Part shown: one piece after another, positions 55,612 to 64,000 of the stretch
Position numbering within the stretch: position 1 is the first letter of the stretch
How the letters are laid out: each line of letters starts with the position of its first letter
Assembly (NCBI GenBank): GCA_964016885.1
Contig: OZ024740.1
Span: 358,732,001 to 358,796,000 of the forward strand
DNA from: Eledone cirrhosa
Lineage: Eukaryota
Direction: 5' to 3'
DNA length: 64,000 bases
Notes under the pieces: generated by a model
Databases searched by the model: none
The model's input: only the letters and a program-made list of their open reading frames with translations
Told to the model about the DNA's origin: nothing
Translations under genes and position numbers: made by a program

Positions 55612-56959
55612 TTTGTTTCTGAATTTGTCTAGCAAGATTCTTTATCTGAAATCGTGTGTTGAAACCGATATTGTTATACTTTGGGAGGGTCATGTTGCCA
55701 ATAAGAAACACACGCACCAGTTGCTTTCACTTCAATTTATTATAATAAATTTATAATAAATTTATAAATTCATAAATTCCTGGTTGGTTGGTTGGTTCCA
55801 CAACCAGATAGTTGTTTATATATTGTCATAGTTCTTTCGTCACACACTCTATGACCTCTTCAGTGACTGGGGATTCCTTTCTTTGTTTCTGTGCCTCTCC
55901 TTTGTTCTGTCCTACGCCATTTTGTTTCTGTGTGTGTGTTGTGTGCTCAGTCTGCGCATGCGCCACATCCGGGTGTCTGTGTGTGTTTATGTTCATTTAT
56001 TTATTTGTTTATTTACATGTTACTGGTTGGTTGTTTGTTCTATGTGTGTGTGTGTTTTCATTTTGTCCTTAATTGTAAGTTGTGATGTAGCTGTTCCACT
56101 CATATTTTCTATTTAATTTTGGTTGTAATTCTTTTATGTTTATTGCCTCTGTGATTTGTCTAAACATTGCGTCTTTTCTGTGTGTAGATTCTATTTTTAT
56201 TTCTACGTTCTCTAATTTACCCTTGTGTTCTATTTTAGCATGTTGGTAGAGTACAGAGGATTCTTTACTATCTTGAAGGTCTCGCCAGTGTTCATTTATC
56301 CGTTTCCCTACACTACCAGCTGTCTCACCTATGTACACTATATTTTTGTCTCTACATTGTCCTTCAGTACATCTTATGCTATACACTACATTTCTAGTTT
56401 TACAGTTAATATGGGGGCTTATTTTACAGGTTATACATTTCTTATCTATACATGAGGGTCTTTGAAAAGGGTATGTCTTGCTAATAAGTGTTTTTACGGA
56501 GGTACCTGGTCTTTCTACTATCTTAATATTGAGTTTATGTTTATCTAGGGCCCTTCTAAATTTGTAAGCTAATTCACCTCTAGGGGTTGTATCGATGAAC
56601 ATTACACTCTGGTATTTATTGATATCATACCATGAGTTTATTCTATTAGCCTTGTTCCTAGTTCTTTCTATTCTATTCCAAAATTTGCTCCTATACAAGG
56701 GGCAGGTCCCATTTATGTCATTATTTACCATTTTTTCCCATTTGGTTCTGACTCCTCTATACACTCTGATTTTATCTCTCTGATTGTAACCAGAGAACTG
56801 CATACGGTGGATGAAGTGTTGTATGTGTCTCTCTAGTTCTTCGGGGTTGCACATGCGGGACACGTTTCTCATCACCCGTACCAAATCCGCAATCAGTATG
56901 TTGATTTTGGTATGGTCCGAAACGGCCGAGTTTCGATGGATCAGATGTTTGGAAGTCAA
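55612..56959 (-). mobile_element. PLE of a third type (Naiad-like), 5'-truncated: thumb, Cys-rich linker, GIY-YIG, pLTR
   Basis: Open 296-aa frame: SAVSDHTKINIL..RMQFSGY..PLYR..CIDKKCITC..NVVYSIRC..VYIGETAGSVGKRINEH..RQITEAINI..LNRKYEW. Clade name is inference. Confidence 0.9.
55825..55867 (-). ncRNA. Minimal type I HHR
   Basis: GTCA/TGAC; CTGAAGA; GTCAT/GTGAC; GAAA; A-gaac-T-A. Confidence 0.75.
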
Positions 56960-57671
56960 GTAAAGTAAATTAAATTCTACGACCTAGGTCTCAGGCTATT
57001 GTTAGGCTAGAATAAATAAATAAATAAAGGGTCCTCGCCTATTCCGTCCCACCTAGTTCTTTTACTTATTTCGTTATTTCTTTATTTCTTTCTTTACTTC
57101 TTTCTTTCTTTATTTATTTATTTATTCTAGCCTAACAATAGCCTGAGACCTAGGTCGTAGAATTTAATTTACTTTACTTTTTTCTTTACACTCATCTATT
57201 TTTCTTTACACTTATTTGCTTTTCTTCACTCTCAGTATTTTTTCTTTCCTATATTTCTACCCCCCATTGTTCTACCTACCGTTCCGACTTCCTCCCCCTC
57301 CCCCTCCCCTGTATCTTCTTTGACCTCATGCCCAGCTGTAGCTGGCACTACAAACGCTTGATTGGGGCTACTCCACCCCCTCCCCTCTTTCTCCTACTGG
57401 CAGGTTTAGCCACCATCTCCCCTACTAATTTGCAACCACAGAATTACTACTGATTTTTGACAATCACTTTGACCATATATGGAATTACCCCTTGAGAAGA
57501 TCGGCTATTTAAATACCAGGATAAATTTTCATTTAGTCCAGAATTAGCCGTCGAAACGGCTTGAGCTCAGCTGTCGGGGTCTTACTGGTTCCTATTACCC
57601 ACTCTACTACCTCAAGTATTGAGTACTTTGGTGCGTTATGGTCCACCTGGTTCCTTACCACATTTCCTTCG

Positions 57672-57673
<2 letters not shown>
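56958..57673 (+). mobile_element. Non-coding HHR element with 5' inverted duplication
   Basis: 56958-57029 is the reverse complement of 57108-57179; 3' part repeated at 61153-61293; ends in (TA)n. Confidence 0.8.
57487..57580 (+). ncRNA. Type I HHR with U3-A8 core (UUGAGAA)
   Basis: ACCCC/GGGGT; TTGAGAA; GA-t-CGGCTA/TAGCCGTC; GAAA; ACGGCT-tgagctc-AGCTGT; GUC at 57575. Confidence 0.85.
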
Positions 57674-57721
<48 letters not shown>

Positions 57722-57790
57722 TATGAAGAGAGAATAAACATTTAGATATAATTAGTAATAAAATGTATCATACCTAAACTGCTCCTAGAT

Positions 57791-57880
57791 TCCTCGACTA
57801 CGTAGTTTCGTGGCATAAACAAAAACAATACATCATAAAGATATAGTGTCCTTGCGAGGTCAGCCGACTTATCAAGAGGA
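57791..57880 (-). ncRNA. Type I HHR with U3-A8 core, inverted copy
   Basis: Reverse complement of 57914-58003. Confidence 0.8.
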
Positions 57881-57913
57881 TACCTCATTTTACTAAGCTA
57901 GTAAAATGAGGTA

Positions 57914-58003
57914 TCCTCTTGATAAGTCGGCTGACCTCGCAAGGACTCTATATCTTTATGATGTATTGTTTTTGTTTATGCCACGAAACTACGTAGTCGA
58001 GGA
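57914..58003 (+). ncRNA. Type I HHR with U3-A8 core (UUGAUAA)
   Basis: TCCTC/GAGGA; TTGATAA; GT-c-GGC/GCCAC; GAAA; palindrome ACTACGTAGT; GUC at 57998. Confidence 0.85.
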
Positions 58004-58239
58004 ATCTAGGAGCAGTTTAGGTATGATACATTTTATTACTAATTATATCTAAATGTTTCTTCTCTCTTCATAATGTATTTTTAACTCTGATACTGGTTCA
58101 GTCTAATTCAGCCGGATTGGTCTGTCTCAGTCATTCATTGAGCAACATCGGTAAGGTTGGCACCATTAACTCACGGTTGGGTGTGGATGCATTCATGTAT
58201 ATGTGTGTGTCCACATGTATCTGTGTGTTTCTAAATATA

Positions 58240-58241
58240 TT

Positions 58242-58288
<47 letters not shown>

Positions 58289-58296
58289 TATATGTA

Positions 58297-58335
<39 letters not shown>

Positions 58336-58599
58336 ATGCATATATATATATATATATATATATGTATGCATATATATATATATATATATATATGTATGCA
58401 TACATCTATCTATCTATATATATATATGTATGCATATATCTATCTCTCTCTCTCTATATATATATATATGTATGTAGGTATATATATATGTATGTATATA
58501 TATATATGTATGTATGTATATAGATGTATATATATATATGTATATATATGTATTTATATATATATATGTATATATATGTATATATATATATATATATGC

Positions 58600-58688
<89 letters not shown>

Positions 58689-58715
58689 TGTATGTATATA
58701 TATATATATATGTAT

Positions 58716-58791
<76 letters not shown>

Positions 58792-58805
58792 TTATATATA
58801 TGTAT

Positions 58806-58859
<54 letters not shown>
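58240..58859. repeat. (TA)n/(TATG) compound microsatellite
   Basis: Directly visible. Confidence 0.95.
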
Positions 58860-58864
<5 letters not shown>

Positions 58865-59042
58865 TTCTAGCCTGATAGTGGGGTTTATAACCCTCGGAGA
58901 AATGGAAAAATATGAGTGTTGCCGTACATACCCTCAGAGAAATGGAAAAAGATGAGTGTTGCCGTACATTTCCATGTACGGCAATCTCATCTTTTTCCAT
59001 TTCTCCGAGGGTTATAAACCCCACTATCAGGCTAGAAATTTC
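58860..59042. repeat. Fold-back inverted repeat with an internal 40-bp tandem duplication
   Basis: GAAATTTCTAGCCTGATAGTGGGG...GCCGTACAT versus ATGTACGGC...CCCCACTATCAGGCTAGAAATTTC. Confidence 0.9.
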
Positions 59043-59146
59043 TTTAGTTTAAAATACGGTGAAAGCTTATAATTTCTAATTTCTAATTTCAAACTCGCGC
59101 ACCGTTTCAAAAACATACTTACATGTTTACGTTTATAATTTGCTTG

Positions 59147-59590
59147 TTTATATATATATGTATATATATATATATATTTATATATGTATGTATATTTATA
59201 TATATATGTATATATATATATTTATATATGTATGTATGTTTATATATTTATATATGTATGTATATTTATATATATATGTATGTATATTTATATATATATA
59301 TGTATGTATATTTATATATATATGTATGTATATTTATATATATATATTTATATATGTATGTATATTTATATATGTATGTATATTTATATATATATATGTA
59401 TGTATATTTATATATGTATGTATATTTATATATATATATGTATGTATATATATATATATGTATGTATATATATATATTTATATATGTATGTATATTTATA
59501 TATATGTATGTATATTTATATATATGTATGTATATTTATATATATATATATATATTTATATATACATATATATATATATATATTTATATA
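59147..59590. repeat. TA-derived minisatellite (TATGTATGTATATTTATATA-like)
   Basis: Directly visible. Confidence 0.9.
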
Positions 59591-59645
59591 GAAAGGATGA
59601 ATATAAAATGAAAGTGCTTTTTTTAAAAAAGGAATTTATTAGGTA

Positions 59646-60634
59646 CTAGCAGTAAAGCCCGGCGTTGCTCGGGGTCGCTCAGTAGCTGTGTTAAAGTTAC
59701 AATGTTAAGTTTCTTTCTTGGCTTAAAAACTGTAGTGTCTACTGTGCAGACTTGCATGTGGTGTTTTTGATTAATATTCCCTCAACCAACAATATGCCTT
59801 ATGAAGTTAAGAAAACATAACGATAACCCGAATGTTATAACAAAAGAGGATGCTGGGGATAGAAACTGCACTGGTTATTTATTAACAAAGATCGAAAATG
59901 TAAACACTGCAACGCAGAGAAAAACATTAGCGTAACCAAATTATCAGTTATGTCTGTCTGCACGCCTATATCACCTCTCTGCACGACTGTCTGTCTGCAC
60001 GCCTATATCACCCCTCTGCACGACTGTCTGTCTGCACGCGTATATCACCTCTCTGCACGACTGTCTGTCTGCACGCCTATATCACCTCTCTGCACGACTG
60101 TCTGTCTGCACGCGTATATCACCTTTCTGCACGACTGTCTGTCTGCACGGCTGTCTGTCTGCACGCCTAACGACGAAATATTTGCTTGTTTTACGTAGTC
60201 TTTAAATAGACTTGTTTTCAAGTAAAAATATTGTTTTAAAATGCTTTTAAATGGAAATGAAGCAAAACGGAAGCTCAGTGTTCGAACTGATGAATTTTGC
60301 AGGTCAATATTTTGCTGGCTCGACAACTGTCTGTTCGTGTATTGTGTTAATGTCATTTTAAACGCTGAGAAAGCCAGCGTAATTTTTTACGTAAGACGCT
60401 CAATGTAAACAGAACAAAGGGAAATAACTGATAACTTACGCTCAAAAATCGATACATTATATTCGATTTCGTCACATAGGGTGGGTCAATTTGAAAATTT
60501 TTTTTTCCGATGTCTTCGTTAGGGCTCAATGTACAAGTAAAGCAATTTTGGTGCAATTCCGTGAGAGATTCTAAGAGGAGATGTGTGCCAAAAATCGATA
60601 GACAGACAGACAACCACAGTTTTATATATATAGA
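59646..60634 (-). mobile_element. Non-autonomous Helitron, second copy
   Basis: Highly similar reverse complement of 32040-32916, with more minisatellite units and an extra segment of about 38 bp. Confidence 0.88.
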
Positions 60635-60749
60635 TTGACATATGTTTCTGTAACAGACTGAATACCTATGTATCGCTGCTTGTGTAATCATATAATGTTA
60701 GCAAGTATTCGATAGCAAATGTATAATCAGTTGTCACTTCTTCAGAGAT
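60635..60749 (-). ncRNA. Type I HHR with long stem II; stem I disrupted by the Helitron
   Basis: CTGAAGA; GTGACA/TGTTAC plus ACTGA/TCAGT; GAAA; palindrome ACATATGT; GUC, then the Helitron 2 nt downstream. Confidence 0.75.
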
Positions 60750-60890
60750 TTTGGATAAATTGGATCCTTTCTACATTTTCTCCGGAATATAATTTATACT
60801 CGTTGAGCAAACCTGCACGTACGCTGTTCATCTCTAACGTAACGATATATTATCACTACATTATTGATAACCTGAATATATATATATATG

Positions 60891-60922
<32 letters not shown>

Positions 60923-61027
60923 AATATACATACATATATATAAATATACATACATATATATAAATATACATACATATATAAATATATATATATAACCTGA
61001 AATTTTATATATTTATATATATATATT

Positions 61028-61084
<57 letters not shown>

Positions 61085-61088
61085 ATAT

Positions 61089-62306
<1,218 letters not shown>

Positions 62307-63250
62307 AGTTAAAACAATGAAATAAAAATCAAGTCATTAGAAATATACTTCATTGCTTTACAATCGTTTCTATTTGATGATAATACATCGTAATTATACT
62401 TCGTTATCGATCTATGTAAGGTTAGTTACAAAATATCAGATAAGAAGAATATTTACTTACATGCATATCACCAGCTGTTGTCAAAAGCAATAACAATTTT
62501 ATTCAAAATTAGTAGTAAATTAGTATTATGTTTAGTTCTATGACCTGATTTGAAGGTAGCTGAAGAACTAACCAATCAGATTGTTTTTTTCATATGATGT
62601 TAAGAAGAAAAATAATTCACTTTAGTTGAGGTCATGACCCTTTGAAAGGAATGGTTGAATGGTGTTAATAATAGAATTGCCATAAAAAATCTATTTGGAA
62701 GAAAGAGATTGTCAAATTGGTAGTTGAAGGTATATGATATAGTGAAGTTTAAAAGGAAAGTAAAAATTAAATGTTGAATTGTGTTGTATGGAGTTTTTAG
62801 GTGAATATAAATTAAGATCATGTCTAGGAAAGATAATATATTAAAAGATAAAAATTATAATAATATAATTAAATACAGTAATACGATAATACAGTAATAC
62901 AAATATGTCTATGTATAAATAATCAAACTCAGATAAATACATGTTGACATAGTCAAAACGCATAAATTTCATAGATCACAATGTGCTTATACCCACATTA
63001 TAGATAGAGGTATATTTATATTGATACTCAATTAAAAATATACATACGCATAAATAGATGCAAACATATACATACATCTACACATGTGCACACAATCATA
63101 TACGCATATATTTATATATATATATATATATATTTACATATACACACCTATACACACATATATATATATATGTACACACATACATGTACACACACACACA
63201 TCTAAACACTCATACACATATACTCGCATATACACACATACACACACACA

Positions 63251-63287
<37 letters not shown>

Positions 63288-63292
<5 letters not shown>

Positions 63293-64000
63293 AAAAATTG
63301 AACAGGGACAGAACAGAGAGGCAGTACGACAAATGTTTATTAGATTCACGCTCAGGAGAGTGGGGGGTAGGTGGAGGACGACGTTTCGGGCATAAGCCCT
63401 TCTTCAGGTAAGAGTTCAAAAGGTGTGTAGGGGAGTGGTGGAGAGACATATAGCGAAAGGAAACGGTGCGAATGAAAAATTAACTAATAAAGACAAAAAT
63501 ATAATAAATAATAAATAAAAATAAAGCATGATCAAAATACAAGGAATGAGAACATTTAAAAATAAAGGCATGATCAAAATAAACTGAAATTAAAAGGGGG
63601 GTAAACAGGTGGTGGAAGGGTGTGGGGTGAGTAGAGGTGGGGGCGGGTGGAGTGGGGAGAGGGAGACGGGGTGTCCGAGCGGGGAGGGCTGAAGGTGGTG
63701 TGTGTGGTTAGGTGTGCGTATGTGTGTGTGTGTGTGTATGTGAAAGTGAGGGTTGGGGGAAGAACGGGGTTGCATGTTCAGGAAGGTGTTGTGGGGGGGT
63801 GTTTTTGTGTGTCGGAGGGTCTGTGCGTGTGTGGATAGGGGGTGGGGGGAGAGGAATCAGCGGGCTGAGGGTGTAAATATGTGGTGGGAAGCACGTGTGT
63901 GTGGTTTAAGCGTGATGTGGGTGTGGGTGGCGTGTGGATAAAAAAATTTGTTTTGGGATGTGTGTGTGGGTGAGTTATATAGGTGATGGTGTTAGAGGAT
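63288..64000 (-). mobile_element. 3' UTR/pLTR of a Neptune-like PLE, continuing beyond the window
   Basis: Homologous to 38030-38625, including the HHR core CTGAAGAAGGGCTTATGCCCGAAACGTC (63380-63407) and GCGTGAATCTAATAAAC. Confidence 0.85.

Larger units (their letters stand above)
57717..58077. repeat. Near-perfect 179-bp-arm hairpin with 3-nt loop
   Basis: 57717-57895 is the reverse complement of 57899-58077 with very few mismatches. Confidence 0.95.

Noticed and set aside
55612-56959. Possible selenoprotein/SECIS in the Naiad-like PLE
   Set aside because: No in-frame TGA in the retained ORF (Cys codons intact) and no convincing SECIS seen.
62350-62480. Minus-strand CTGGTGA...GAAACGATTGTA, possible HHR
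   Set aside because: Core mutated and no stem I pairing; too weak to call.

Overview
This is AT-rich, repeat-saturated eukaryotic DNA; the SINE families and very long (TA)n tracts suggest a cephalopod/octopus genome (inference). No host gene is recognisable. The window is a nest of decayed mobile elements: Penelope-like retroelements (PLEs; RT + GIY-YIG) of at least three protein types, RTE, Tx1/L1-type and CRE-type LINE remnants, about a dozen tRNA-derived SINEs, two non-autonomous Helitrons, a fossil Helitron helicase and a Tc1/mariner MITE. The most striking hidden signal is roughly 20 type I hammerhead ribozyme (HHR) motifs on both strands, read by eye. They lie in PLE pseudo-LTRs and in short non-coding, (TA)n-flanked, retrozyme-like units. 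Many have long inserts in stem II and palindromic stem III. Two unrelated families carry the covariant U3-A8 core (UUGAnAA instead of CUGAnGA). Many insertions begin with fold-back inverted duplications. There is a 200-N assembly gap at 48409-48608.
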